The notes under the pieces: model-generated
Seen by the model: only the letters and a program-made list of their open reading frames with translations
What the model was told of the DNA's origin: nothing
Database searches by the model: none
Assembly: GCF_030144855.1 (NCBI RefSeq)
Contig: NW_026780455.1
Location: forward strand, 496,001-560,000
Direction of reading: 5' to 3'
DNA from: Hypanus sabinus
Taxonomy: Eukaryota
DNA length: 64,000 nucleotides
Shown here: piece after piece, positions 10,600 through 23,639 of the stretch
Numbering within the stretch: the first letter of the stretch is position 1
Layout: each line of letters begins with the position of its first letter
Position numbers and translations under genes: made by a program

Positions 10600-11340
10600 C
10601 AGTAACTAAGTACCCCACGCAAATCTTATTGTGAAAGTAAGGAGGCATGTGATCCTCGGGGTCATTGCTGTGTGGAGCCAAAAATGGCTTGCCCACAGAA
10701 GGAAACGTGTTGTTGTAGACTGTCATATTCTGCATTGTAGAGCAGGGCCTCTTGCACCCCTATCCTTTCTGAGTTTTATAAATGACCTGGATGAGGAAGT
10801 GGAGCGATATGTTCGTCAATTTGCCAATTATACAATGGGTGGGGAGGGCTGTCAGATGTTCCAGCGGGATTTTGATTGGGGGCGAAATTGCGCTAAGAAG
10901 AGCCAGATGAATTTCAACATAGATCAATATCAGGTCGTTCATTTTGTTTGGTCAAATATGATGGCAGAATATGGTGTTACCTGAATTAAACAAATAAATA
11001 ACTCCCACCACCATCTCACCAGTTAAAAAGTATGAGGATACATTGCATCATCTATCACCGACACAAATAGTGCGGAGGAAACTGACAGCATGCAGAGCGA
11101 TATTAATGTGCTCACCGAATGTACCAGCGTCTGGCAGATGGAGTGCAAAGGTGGTAAATGCAAGGTGATCCACTTGGGAAGGGCAAATGGAAGAACGGAA
11201 TATTATTTAAGTGGTAAACGATTGCAGTATGCTGCTGTGCGGAGGGACTTTGGAGTGCTTGTGTTTGAATTGCAAAAGGTTGGTTTGCAGGTGCAGCAGC
11301 CTATCAGGAAGGCAAATGGGATGTTCGCCTTTGTTGCTAA
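10600..11340 (+). mobile_element. CR1 RT fragments in the intron of copy A
   Basis: FINDLDEEV..QFANYT and VWQMECKGGKCKVIHLGRAN..QQPIRKANGMFAF. Confidence 0.8.
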
Positions 11341-11375
11341 TTGTGTGTTAATGGTCTTTACCTCCCTCCACACAG

Positions 11376-12317
11376 TTAACGTGGTGACAATAGTCATCCT
11401 GTCGCGGGGAAAGTGCGGCCTCTCCAAAGGCGTCACAAGGTACCTGGTTGCCATGGTAGCAGCGGATCAGCTGGTCGTTCTCTTCAATCTTGTATTGAGC
11501 AAGATTCCGTGGAGCTACATGCCAGGAGAGCTTTTACGCTGGTCGTATCGTGTTCCCGTGTGTAATATCCACGCTGTCATATCCTACGGCGTCACGGACT
11601 GTTCTGTCTGGTTCACCGTCGCTTTCACCTTTGATCGGTTTGTCGCCATTTGTTCACAGAAGTTGAAACGAAAATACTGCACCGGGAGAGCGGCGGCTCT
11701 GGTTCTGGGGACAGTGACTGTGCTGAGCTGCGTAAAGAGCATTTTCTGGTACTTTTATCTCGATGGGACATATGCGTTGATACTTTCGACAGTGCTCTGT
11801 ATCCGTTCTGATCGTTTTTTCAAATCACAAGATAACATATTTGAACTAATTCATTCCCTCCTCACCCCAATATTCCCCTTTGTCCTCGTTCTGTTGCTGT
11901 TTCATTCTCCTGTTAAACACTTTAACCATCAGGCACGTCTTAGTGACCAGCCGAGCCCGGAAGAGACTCCGTTGTTCGCGCGATGGCGAGACGCCCGCCG
12001 ACCCGGAGATGAAGAACCGCAGGCAGTCCCTCCTGTTACTGCTGGTGATGTCGGGGAATTTCATCCTGTTGTGGGCGCTGCTGACGGTGTCCTCCGTATG
12101 GGAGAGCCTGTTTATTTACATTAACGTGTTGCCCCCCAGTTCTCTGCGGGAGCTGGGCTACATCCTGCAACTTCTGAGCTGCTGCACCAACACGGCCCTT
12201 TACGCCGTGGTCCAGGCCAGGTTCAGGGTGCAGTTGAAGGAGACGGTGATATCGCCCTTCAGTCTCATTGCAAAGTTCACAAGGCGTTGTCAGGACCGCA
12301 TTAAAGTGCTCCCATAA
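11376..12317 (+). pseudogene. GPR139/142-like GPCR copy A, exon 2 (TM1-TM7), frameshifted by a 16-nt insertion
   Basis: cacag|ttaac VNVVTIVILSRGKCGLS..FDRFVAIC..; insertion gttctgttgctgtttc at 11888-11903 in TM5; the other frame continues to CTNTALY and a stop at 12317; removing the insertion gives 368 aa. Confidence 0.9.
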
Positions 12318-12539
12318 CGCCACGATCTATCCCAATTCCTCACTGGCATGTGCGTTTCCATTACTGTTGTGGACAGTCCCGATTAGCTCCCGCCCTCCCC
12401 CACTCCATGCAGTACCACCATCGGGGACGTCTTCCCAATCTGCCTCCACTGCCCTCCTTCCAGTTCACGTTATTCATGAGTTCCGTCTAACGCCTTCTTC
12501 ATTTCCACCAAGTCCGTGCTTCTACTATTATAAAGCATA

Positions 12540-12905
12540 TAACCATATAAAAAATACAGCACGGAAACAGGCTATCTCAGCCTTTCTAGTCCGTGTCGAA
12601 CGCCTAATCTCACCTCGTCCCATCGACCCGCACTCAGCCCATAACCCTCCGTTCCTTTCCTGACCATATACGTATCCAATTTTACTTTAAATGACAATAC
12701 CGAAACTGCCTCAACCACTTCTACTGGAAGCTCGTTCCACACAGCTACCACTCTCTGAGTAAAGAAATTCCCCCTCGTGTTACCCCTAAACTTTTGCCCC
12801 CTAACTCAAATCATGTCGTCTTCTTTGAATCTCCCCTACTCTCACTGGAAAAATAGCCTATCCACGTCACTCTGTCTATCCCCCTCATAACTGTAAATAC
12901 TTCTA
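12540..12905 (-). mobile_element. CR1 3' end inserted in the 3' flank of copy A
   Basis: Reverse complement of a CR1 3' UTR and ORF2 end (aaccatataa..cagcacggaaacagg..); absent from the same position in copies B, C and E. Confidence 0.75.
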
Positions 12906-13478
12906 TCGCCCCCATTCAACCTTCTGCGCTACAAAGAATAAAGACCTAACTTTTTCTACATTTCGCTGTAACTTAGGTGCTGAAACCCAGTTAACATTCT
13001 GGTAATTCTTCTTTGTATTCTCTCTGTATGCATGCCTATCTGTGACATCACCATCGCACTCCGACCGTTGTGACCTGCCGGTATTCTGTGCGGCTGGAAA
13101 TTCTCCTCCGTAACGCCCGATGTACTCGGTCTCTTTCCTTCGGCGAGAACTTTTAGTTCCAGCAGCAGCAGCCATCGAATGTTTCGGGAAGAAGCTTACC
13201 GTGGACGGACTGCAAATCTCCACTTGGTCCGGAGTTCTTTGGAATCTCTCTGTTACCTCGAGAATAATTCAGTAACTCGGACTCGTAAAACCACTCGTCA
13301 AATCGTCTTTCCTCCGTCTGGAGCACCAATTGCCATCGAGATGTCTTCTGGGAAAGAGAATAAATTTTGCTCACTTTGAGCAGCGGAGGTCCAACTTGTC
13401 CAATCAGATTAAATATATTGAGTATGTGAGGAATGTGGCTGTTGAGGAAAGGGCGGCGGATGTCCTTGTTTTATTGAG

Positions 13479-13481
<3 letters not shown>

Positions 13482-13520
<39 letters not shown>
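13482..13520. repeat. (CA)n microsatellite
   Basis: ~19 units. Confidence 0.98.
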
Positions 13521-13523
<3 letters not shown>

Positions 13524-13616
13524 AACTGAACACCACTCCACTCCCTTTGCAATTTTTGGTCATTTTTTCTCCATTCTTTCTGAAACATTGTTTACCTTTG
13601 CATTTACATAATAATA

Positions 13617-13658
<42 letters not shown>
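13617..13658. repeat. (ATT)n microsatellite
   Basis: ~14 units. Confidence 0.98.
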
Positions 13659-13659
13659 G

Positions 13660-13900
13660 TAGTTTGTCCTTTACGCTGCCCATTGTCTTGCTTATTAATT
13701 ATTGTACTGCCTTGCACTGTTTGGTGCACTTTATGTAGCCCCGTGTAGGCCTGAAGTCTAATGTAGTTTTGTGTTGATTCACGTATTCTAGTGTGGTTTT
13801 GTGTTGTTTCATGTCGCACCATGGTCCTGAAGGATTTTTGCTTCGTTTTTACTGTGTACTGTCCCAGCATTTGTGGTTAAGATGACAATAAAAGCGACTT
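13660..13900 (+). mobile_element. Rex1/Babar-type LINE 3' UTR fragment
   Basis: Similar to the 3' tail at 39850-40000 (tgcactgtt(t)tgtgcactttatg..gtagttttgtgttg). Confidence 0.55.
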
Positions 13901-14039
13901 GATTTGACGTTAACTGAGATTTGGCACGAGATGTGAGATGCTGTCAGAAGTATGGTTCAGCAGAAACACTTCCAATTGGTATGGATACACCTGAGCTTTT
14001 TCCCGCTGACTATTCAGGAATAGCATCTCTCACTGAAGT

Positions 14040-14285
14040 ATTCCACCTGAGATGCTGATTGGAGCCCTCAGAAACGCCGATGCGCATCTTTACAAGGTCC
14101 CTCGTAATTTGGCCCTTTTCCTTCTCCGTTTGATTATTCACCGTTGCGCTCAGTTCCCGTCGCTGCTTGCGAAACGTGACAGCGTGGGTTTCCTCTGGAT
14201 GTTCGTGTTTCCTCCCACAGTCCAAACTGTGCTAATCTCCTGTGTTAAGTTAATTGGTCAATGTAAATTGACCCATTGGAAGTAA
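14040..14285 (+). mobile_element. V-SINE (HE1-like) remnant
   Basis: gcgtgggtttcctc..gtttcctcccacagtccaaa..taattggtca.tgtaaattg.ccc core. Confidence 0.7.
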
Positions 14286-14956
14286 CCCTGGTACCGTGAA
14301 GCATAACGCCATCTGAGGCCCGAGCTTTGGGAATAGACTGTAAGTCAGACTTTTGAAAAGGACCCTAGCTGTTTAGGCTGATCCAGAACAGTAAGCTTCA
14401 GGGCACAGCAGCCATTAAAATTTGGTCCAGAGTTGGTGGACAGAGGGTCGTAGTAGAGGGCCACATTTCTGAATTTGACATGCGTTGGGGATGCTCTGGC
14501 GTTTGACTTGGCTGAAAATGTAGAACAAAGAGAACAAAGAACAATACAGCACTGTACAGGCCAAACGGCCCACAATGTTGTTCCGACAACAGATGACACA
14601 TAAGTACGCTTGTGGAGGAAACAAACCGTGATGGAGTGGTGGATGTTGAGGAAGCAGGGTAAAGTGCGGATGGGTTGGAGATGTAGCCTGAGAAATGACA
14701 ACTTTATCAAACTAATATGACAGTTCGGTCTCTGCGTTGCTTCCGAACGATAGGCAATTCGGGAAATGAATATCTTAATTGGAATCTAGAGAAAAGGGAG
14801 AGAACAGCAAGGTTGGTCATGTTGAGGTATAAGAAAAATGTACAGCTTGGACAACTTGGACAGAAGCTCCCATTCCTGGACAGGTAATTCAGTAACTCTA
14901 TTGTTTGATACACTCACATGCAAAAATGTAAAAAAAACAGAACGGAAATTCGTTTG

Positions 14957-14970
14957 CCGCTAGAGGTCGA
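14957..14970 (+). promoter_or_regulatory. CTCF-like motif, unit A 3' flank (degenerate)
   Basis: ccgctagaggtcga at the position homologous to the motifs in units B, C and D. Confidence 0.35.
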
Positions 14971-16929
14971 CAGACAGCAATGCAGACATTTCACTGCGGG
15001 AACCCAGGGATCGCATTAAACACATCGCACAAAGAACAGGCAATAGGCGGTGATTAACAGGGGTTGTTCTGATGCTTGTGTACATACTAACTGTATCGAA
15101 TGAATGCAAATGGGCTGATTAATTATCTTGCAGACAAATTAATAAAATAATATATATATATGTATTTGGAGACATGCACCAAGTGCCGGAAAAATTCAAG
15201 TTAAGAGAGTGGTAATTTCAAATGACCCGTAAAGAGCAAGACCTTCACACAGAGAGTAGTGTGTGCATGGGATGTTCTTCCTGGTGTGGTGGTAGATACG
15301 CAATGATCAGTGACTTTAAGAGAAGCTCTGATGGGCATGTGAACATGAGGAAAATTTATGTAAATGTATGCTCATTATGTCAGCTGACAATATCAGTTAG
15401 CCACTTGGATACTATTTTGGCTGGTTCAAAACGACACTGTGGGGTGAAGGGTTTGTTCCTGTGTCTGTACTGTTCCATGTTCTGGATTCTGAATCCGGGA
15501 ATAAACAATTGACAGTTCTGAGAGATATCCTTCATCGGCATTGGAAATGGCAAGGTTTTCGATGATTTTAGGCCGTCGAAAGTTACGGGGGAAGTAAGTT
15601 GGAAGTGTCGCAACAGAGGTAATAAAGACTACGGCAAATAGGTGCTGGCTGGGAGGTTATGGGGTAGGTGTGGTTGAGAAAAAATAAATGTTGATTCTCC
15701 CACTGGGTTCCACCGTCCACTAGGTGAGTGGCGAAGGTCCATGGCAAAAATAGAATGGAAAACGCTGCTGTAAACCTCCCCTTTCTGTGTCCATGATCGT
15801 GTGATCCTCCTCTGGCAGATCTTTCCAAGTAGATATGTCATTGACGTCCGGCTTTGACAACACACTAAACTGTAACTGTAGTGTGTCGGCAATCTCAAGC
15901 TGCTCCTTGCTGCGTGACTACCAATCGCAAACAGTGGTTAGGGAACAGCCAACGTGAGGACGGGGAATGCCTGCTCATCAGAAGGCGAGGATATCGCAAT
16001 CCCACCGACTCTCTGCTGCCTGTTTAGAAAGGATCCGGCTGAGGATTTTTTCCTGTAATCATTCTCATGCATCATAGCAATCTGTCCTCAAATAATTTGA
16101 ATTATCTTTTTTTCTTTAATTCTTTCTCGTTTTTAGTTTATTTTCTCTCCTTTCCTCTATCTTCTTCCACAGGTAATGTTTCCCGTGTATTTTTTCCGGC
16201 GTCCGTGTTGTCTGCCATTTCATACTCCCTTTCCGCCTTCGAAGAAACTGCTCTTGCTTTCAATTGTCTGTCCTCTGTCCCATAACGATGAGCGTAATTT
16301 TATTCCACTGCAGCGACCCGCGTTCGTTTCACGCCGGTGCATGTGCGGACATTCTCCTCGGGTCTCCTCCAGTGCTCTGCTTTCCCATCAGAGATACTAA
16401 TGGTTACGGCAAACAGGTGCTGGCTGCGGAGTTGAGGGGGGGCGTGGTGTTGGAGAAGAACCAAACATTGGCTTCTACGGCTAGGACATGCACAACAAGT
16501 GTATAGGAATGGAATTGCTGAAAAATATTACCAAAGCTCAGGAAATGACATCACAAGATCATCCTATCTGCATTAACAAAGTTGATGTTCCACCACCTCC
16601 AATTCTCTGCCCATTCCTATGTCTGGCTGCAGCCGGTAGAAAATGTCCTTCTCTGAAGGTGTCCGTCTCTCACTTTATGTATCTGCGTTCTGGTATTTGA
16701 CATATTCGCAGAGGTCTGACTATACGGTGCCTGTCGAAAGTGCTCAACCTCCTTGGAAGTTGTACCGTTTCTCAACATTGAATCACAGTGGATATAATAT
16801 GCCTTTTTATGACACTGATCAACAGAATAAAAACACGTCGTGTCAAAGTGAAAACAGATCTGAACAAAGTGATCGAAATTAATTACAAATTAAAACACAA
16901 AATCATTGATTGCATCGGTATTCGCCCCC

Positions 16930-17620
16930 TGAGGTATAACACCCTAAATCATCACTGGGGCAGCTAATTGTTTTAGAAGTCACATAATCCAATCAAGCTG
17001 ATCACACTGAGTGAGTCAGCATCCTTGCCAGAACTACACCACTGAGATAAAAGTGCACGCCAAACGGTTCTGCGAAATTTCCATTGGCAAGAAAGGGACG
17101 ACTGAGATCTACAACTCTGGAGGAGTTACAAGTGTCAGTGATTGAGATGGCAGAGAAAGAGCATGGAGCAGCTGTTGTCCCAGTGCTTCAGCACCCGCAG
17201 TGTTATGGGAGACGGCAAAGAGAAAGTCAGTGTTGAAAAAAACACTCACATGAAACCTCGGCCAGAGTTGGCCAGAAGGTATGTGGCAGACTCTGAAGTC
17301 AGCTGGAAGAAGGTTCTGCGGTCTGTTGAAACCAGAATTGAGCATTTTGGCTTCTGGGAAACAAAGCTAACTGCTATGTTTCACGTAAGCCAAACACCGC
17401 TTAGCATTAAAAACACACCATCCGTACTGTGAAGCATGGTGATGGCGGCATCTGGCTGTGCGGCTTGTGAAGGTAGAGGGCAAAATGAATGCAGCAAAAC
17501 ACAGGGGAATTCTGGTACAGCGCCGGAAGTAGTTTGCAAGAGAACTACGGTTTCGGAGAAGATTTGTTTTCCAGCAAGACGATTGCCACAGTCATAAAGC
17601 CAACACGACGCAACAATGGT
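16930..17620 (+). mobile_element. Tc1 transposase fragment
   Basis: HMKPRPELARRYV..WKKVLRSVETRIEHFG, VKHG..IWLCG, FQQDD motifs. Confidence 0.85.
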
Positions 17621-17624
17621 TATC

Positions 17625-18060
17625 AGGCAAGAGAGTTAAAAAGGTAGGGAGAGGAGAAAAAGGCGAGCTGGAACGTGATAAGTGAAGTCAGGTGGGTCGG
17701 AGGGGAGAAGGGCTGGAGAGAAAAGAATCTGGTAGGACAGAAGAGCTGACTATACGACAAAGTGAGGGAGGAGGGAACCCGAGGAAGTAACAGGTAGCTG
17801 AGAAGAGGTAAAAGGTCAGTGGGGAATAAAGAAAGATTTTTTGCTTACTGTTTGGTTTAAGGTTAGAGAATGTTCAAAGTGGGATTTATTTCTCGAAGCA
17901 CCAGTCAACGTGGATACAGATGCCTCCAGTTTTCGCCTTCTCCAGCCCTTCACCGTTCCTTGCCACCTGGCTTCACCTATCGCCTTCCAGATAGCTTCAT
18001 TTCCTCCCTCCCATTCATTTATTTAGGCTTCCAAGTCATTGCAACACCGGAGATCTAAAT
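17625..18060. mobile_element. Penelope-like fragments in opposite orientations
   Basis: Purine-rich tract followed by a pyrimidine-rich tract, joined near ..gagaatgttcaaag.. Confidence 0.5.
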
Positions 18061-18629
18061 AACAGATGCAAGTAGACGTTCCTTTCGCTGAAACCAAGAA
18101 TCTCTGGCGATGAGGGCTGCTCGATTAAGCTTACTAAATGCCCTGTGACCTGTATTGAGCAGAATTCGGCATGAAATCTCTTTCTTTCTCTCCCTGCCTG
18201 AGCCTCTACCTCTGGCTCTTAGCACTAGTATCAACTTTGTTGAAGAAAAAATATTACCTCTAAACAAATAATTTATCCCTTTTCATACACTTCGAAATAC
18301 CTAGCATGAATTTCACCACAGCGCTTGTCCGCCCTCTAGTGGTTACAGCCTTTGCCTTCACACCTCAATCTGTTGCATGGAGGCAGACAGAGCCGATCTA
18401 TAAGGAAGACGATATTCTTCTCCAGTATCTAACCTCAGGGATGTGTGTCCATGCACAAATTCATTTCTTTACTGTAGGCTTCTCGGATTAATAACTGTGA
18501 TGTTAAATGTTAACTGCATATATAAAATGGCTTCTCTGAAGTGGGAAAATGAAATGACTACTCTGAATGTATACTGATGTGACGTCTCGGTACTAAATAT
18601 CGACTGCTTATTCCCCTCCATAGGTACTG

Positions 18630-21600
18630 CCTGACGTAGAAAGCGGGCAATGAGTGAGTGGGCCAGTGAAGGAGTGGAGATTTGCTTTGACTCGAGAGAT
18701 TCTGGCAGTTTTGGCAGTTGGACTGTGCAATTAAGTCAATCAAGATTTGAAAAGATCAGCAGAAAGCCGTTGATAAGACAATCAAGATTTGAATAGCTCA
18801 GCAGAAAGCCGTTGATCAGACAATCAAGATTTGAATAGCTCAGACTAGGCAGAAAGCAGCTGATTGGGCAATGGATATCATGTGACCAAGCAGTTTGAAA
18901 AGCTCAAACAAATAAATAAGCGGATGACTGAAGCGGAGCAGCCTGTGGAAAGCGACCACTGAGTGAGTGGTGCACATAGGTACCGACGATATAGGTAAAA
19001 AACGGGATGAGGTCCTGCAAGGTAATTTTTGGGAGTTAGGAAATAAACTAAAAAGAAGGACCACAAAGGTAATAATCACTGCACTACTACCAGTACTACG
19101 TGCTAGTCAGAGGAGAAATAGGAAGATATTTCCAATGAATACGTGGCTTGAGAAATGGTGCAAGGGGGAGGGATTCAAATTTCTGGGGCATTGGAACCAG
19201 TTCACGGGGAGGTGGGACCGGTATAAACAGGACGGTCTGCACCTAGGATGGACTGACAACTGTCCTAGGGGGAGCGTTTGCTACTACTGTTTAGGAGGCT
19301 TTAAACTAATGTGCAGGGGGATGGGAAAAAGTGCAGATATACAGAGGGGTGTCAAATGAGAGTGGAAGCAAAAAGTAGTAAGGTGAAATGTAAAAGTGGC
19401 AGGCAGGAAAATCCAGGGCAAATAGCAAAAAGAGCCAATTTTAACATAATTTTATAAGGTCTAGGAGAGTTGTAAAAACATGCCTGAAGGCTTCGTGTCT
19501 CAATGGGAGGAGCATTCGTAACAAGGTGGATGAATTCAATGTGCAGATAGTTATTAATGAATATGATATTGTTGGGATCACAGAGACATGCCTCCAGGGT
19601 GACCAAGGATGGGAGCTCAACATCCAGGGATATTAAATATTCTGGAGGGATAGACAGGAAAGAAAAGGAGGTGGGGTAGCATTGCTGGTAAGAGAGATTA
19701 ACGCAATAGAAAGGAAAGACATTAGCCTGGAGTATGTGGAATCGATATGGGTAGAGCTGCATAACAGGAGGGGGCAGAAGGCGCTGATGGGAGTTGTGTA
19801 CAGGCCACCTAACAGTAGCAGTGAGGTTGGGGATGGCATTAAACAGGAAATTAGAAATGCGTGCAATAAAGGAGCAGTAGTTATAATGGGTGACTTCAAT
19901 CAACATATAGATTGGGTGAACCAAATTGGTAACGGTGCTGAGGAAGCGAATTTCTTGGTCTGTATGCGGGATGGTTTTCTGAACCAACATGTCGAGGAAC
20001 TAACTAGAGAGCAGGCCATTCTAGATTGAGTATTGAGCAATGAGGAAGGGTTAGTTAGCAATCTTGTCGTGCGAGGCCCCTTGGGTCAGAGTGACCATAA
20101 TATGGTGGAATTCTTCATTAAGATGGAGGGTGACATGGTTAATTCAGAAACAAAGGTTCTGAACTTAAAGAAGGGTAACTTTGAAGGTATGAGACGTGAA
20201 TTAGCCAAGAGAGACTGGCAAATGATACTTAAAGGGTTGACGGAAGATATGCGATGGCAAGCATTTAAAGATCGCATGGATGAACTACAACAATTGTTCA
20301 TCCCAGTTTGACAAAAGAATAAACCAGGGAAGGTAGTGCACCCGTGGCTGACAAGGGAAATTAGGGATAGTATCGTCTAAAGAAGAATCATATAAATTAG
20401 CAAATAAAAAGCGGCACACCTGAGGACTGGGAGAAATTCAAAGACCAGCAGAGGAGGACAAAGGGCTTAATTAGGAAAGAAAAAAAAGATGATGAGAGAA
20501 AGCAGGCAGGGAACATAAAAACTGACTGTAAAAGCTTTAACAGATACTTGAAAAGAAAAGATTCGTCAAGACAAATGTAGTTTCTTTACAGTCAGAAACT
20601 GGTGAAATTATCACAGGGAACAAAGACATGGCAAACCAATTTAATAACTACTTTGATTCCGCTTTCACTAAGGAGGACAGATATAATCTTCCAGAAATAG
20701 TAAGGGACCGAGGGTCCAGTGAGATGAAGGAACTGAGGGAAATACATGTTTGTAGGGAAGTGGTGTTAGGTAAATTGAAGGGATTAAATGCAGATAAACC
20801 CCAGGGTCAGATGGTTTGCATCCCAGAGTGCTTAAGGAAGTAAGCCAAGAAATAGTGTATGCATTAGTGATAATTTTTCAAATCTCCTTAGAATCTGGAT
20901 TAGTTCCTGCGGATTGGAGGGTGGATAATGTAACCCCATTTAAAAAAAAAAAAGAAGAGAGAGAGAAACCGGGGAATTGTAGACTAGTTAGTCTGACATC
21001 GGTGGCGGGGAAAATGATAGTGTCGGTTATCAAAGATGTAATAACAGCACATTTGGAAAGAGGGGAAATCATCCGACGAAGTCAGCATGGATTTGAGAAA
21101 GGAAAATCATGTCTGACGAATCTCATGGAATTTATTTGAAGATGTAGCTAGTAGATTGTTTTGGGGAGAGCCTGTGGATGTGGTATATTTCGAGGTTCAA
21201 AAAGGCTTTTGACAAGGTCCCACCGAGGAGATTAGTGTGCAAACGTATTGCACACAGTATTGGGGGCATGGTATTGATGTGGATAGAAAATTGGTTGGCA
21301 GACAGGAAGGAAAGTGTGGGAGTAAACGGGACCTTTTCAGAATGGCAGGTTGTGACTTGTGGGGTTCGGCAAGGCTCAGTGCTCGGACCCCATTTGTTTA
21401 CAATAAATATTACTGATTTAGACGAGGGAATTAAAAGCAGCAACTCCAAGTTTGCGGATGACACGAAGCTTGGAGGCGGTGTTAGCTGTGGGTTGGATGA
21501 TAACAGGATGCAGGGTGACTTGGATAGGTTAGGTGAATGGGCAATATCATGGCAGATGCAATTTAATGTGGAGAAATGTGAGGTTATCCACTTTGGTTGC

Positions 21601-22373
21601 AAGAACAGGAAAACATATAATAATCTGAATGGTGGCCGATTAGGAAAAGGGGAGATGCAACGAGAACTGGGTGTCATTGTACCCAGTCATTGAAGGTGGG
21701 AATGCAGGTACAGCAGGCCGTGAAAAGGGCAAATTGTATGTTGGCATTCATAGCAAAATGATTTGAGTACAGGAGCAGGGAGGTTCTACTGCAGTTGTAC
21801 AAGGCCTTGGTGAGACCGCACCTGTAGTATTGTGCGCAGTTTTGGTCCCGTAATCTGAGGAAATACATCCTTGTTATAGAGGGAGTACAAAGAAGGTTCA
21901 CCAGATTGCTTACTGGGATGGCAGGACTTTCATCTCAAGAAAGACTGGATCGACTAGACTCACTGAAATTTAGAAGATTGAGAGAGGATCTTATTGAAAC
22001 GTATAAAATTCTAAAGGGATTGGACAGGATAGACGCAGGAAGATTGTTTCCGATGTTGGGGAAGTGCAGAACGAGGGGTCACAGTTTAACAATAAAGGGG
22101 AAGCATTTTAGGACCGAGATGAGAAAAAACCTCAACACACAGAGAGTGATGAATCTGTGGAATTCCCTGCCACAGGAAGCAGTTGGGGCCGGTTCATTGG
22201 CTATATTGAAGAGGAAGTTAGATATGGCCCTTGTGGCTAAAGGGGTCGGGGGTATGGAGGGAAAGCAGGTGCAGGGTTCAGAGTTGGATGATCAGCCATG
22301 TTTATACCGAATGGCGGTGCAGGCTCGAACGGCCGAATGGCCTACTCCTGCTCCTATTTTCTATGTTTCTATG
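18630..22373 (+). mobile_element. Near-full-length, decayed CR1 LINE (5' UTR, truncated ORF1 SGNH esterase, ORF2 APE and RT)
   Basis: VHIGTDDIG..DGLHL esterase (18967-19359); APE VYRPPN..GDFN..SDHN; RT QHGFEKGKSCLTNL, GVRQGSVLGP, KFADDTKLGG; 3' ttctatgtttctatg; many stops and frameshifts. Confidence 0.95.
18737..18843 (+). repeat. 42-bp tandem repeat (~2.5 copies) in the CR1 5' UTR
   Basis: caatcaagatttgaa(a/t)ag(a/c)tcagcagaaagccgttgat(a/c)aga starting at 18737, 18779 and 18821. Confidence 0.9.
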
Positions 22374-22724
22374 CTTGCAGAATGAATTAGAGAGTCTAGA
22401 GGAGAGGCAAATAATTATGAAGGAATTTCATATAGAGAAGTGCCCAGTCTTACTATTGGGCAGAGGGAATAAAGGCTTGAACTATCTATGAGCTATCTAT
22501 GCAACAATCATTTAATCTGTTTATATCATCGTTATTATTTGTTTGCTTGTTTTTTTTTTTTTTTTTAATTTGCTGCGTGTACATTCCTTTCCAGATTGGT
22601 TGTATATCAATGTCTTGCTGAGTGTACGTGGTGAGCCGACTTCTGGGATTATTGGATACACTTCCAATCTGCGTTTCTTTTGCTTCTTTGACTGTCTGCA
22701 AATAAAGGGTTAACTACACCTGTC

Positions 22725-22810
22725 ATTCTGTAGAACCTAATGAAGGGAGTGTCCGTGGGGATTGTCGACGTGACCGCGGAGGAGTGGCTGCTTGTTACCT
22801 GGTTATATGT
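22725..22810 (+). promoter_or_regulatory. Promoter cassette of GPCR copy B
   Basis: TAATGA 22738-22743, tccgtgggga 22752-22761, degenerate CRE cgacgtga. Confidence 0.5.
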
Positions 22811-22929
22811 CCCACTCTCAACGCCAGTCTCAGTCAGAGACGCCAGTCTACGCTATCAGAGACAAGCGGGCACAAGGGAGAGAGAGAACAGAGGCTGGAT
22901 CTGGAACAGGAATCTGGAGTCTTCCCGCA

Positions 22930-23104
22930 ATGGATCAGCAAAATGCATCGCGGAACGCTGCGGCATCAGTAAGGAATATTGACCGGGCGTATCCATATCT
23001 GGGTGAAAATCCTAAAGGAATACCGTTGGACTTTCGAATCTATCAGGCGCTTCGGACCGTCAAAATGTTTTTTTATCCTGTACTCGCCATTGTAGCTGTC
23101 CCTG
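22930..23104 (+). pseudogene. GPR139/142-like GPCR copy B, exon 1
   Basis: MDQQNASRNAAAS...FFYPVLAIVAVP + G|gtaagt; 175 nt. Confidence 0.85.
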
Positions 23105-23639
23105 GTAAGTGTCTTGTCTCTTCCTCCTGATTAACGTTGAAAAGTATGAGTCAGCTTCTCTTTCATACCTGTCCTCTAATGACGCGCTAATTGCATGTCA
23201 TGTCTCTCAAACCGGTACCGCTTCAGCAACAACGGCTGAGTGAATTACGGACGTTCTCTCTCCAGCTTTGGGGCTGTCAGCGTCCCGGTTACTTCTCTGT
23301 CAGGCAGACGTTTTCTGTGTCTCTTCTCATCTCAAGCACTGCCAGTAAGTGACCTCCCATGCAGCTTCAGTCCCAGGGACAAAGTCTCGAGGTCGCACAA
23401 ACTCTCCCCACAGAGCATACCCTCTAATCTAGGCAGTATTCTGGGAAATTACATCAGCACCCTCTGTGAAGCATACACATGCTTCCGTTGTTTTATGTTA
23501 AATAGCCCATTTGGAACATGCTAGGATAATTCAGCTATCTCGAATGAAGGAAGGAATGAATGAACACATAAATAAATAAATATCTCAAAGCCTACCGGTT
23601 AAAGGGAAAGAGCCCACGTGGCCAACATTACTGCCACGA

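Noticed and set aside
11090-11375. N-terminal extension of the 344-aa ORF (MQSDINVL...)
   Set aside because: Intronic CR1 RT fragment that happens to be in frame with GPCR exon 2; the true N-terminus is exon 1
11351-11375. In-frame ATG just upstream of the exon-2 acceptor in copies A, B, C and E (MVFTSLxTVNVV)
   Set aside because: Explained by shared descent within the polypyrimidine tract; lost in D; a product would lack half of TM1
18737-18843. Regularly spaced repeats superficially like a CRISPR array
   Set aside because: Head-to-tail tandem units without unique spacers, inside a eukaryotic LINE 5' UTR
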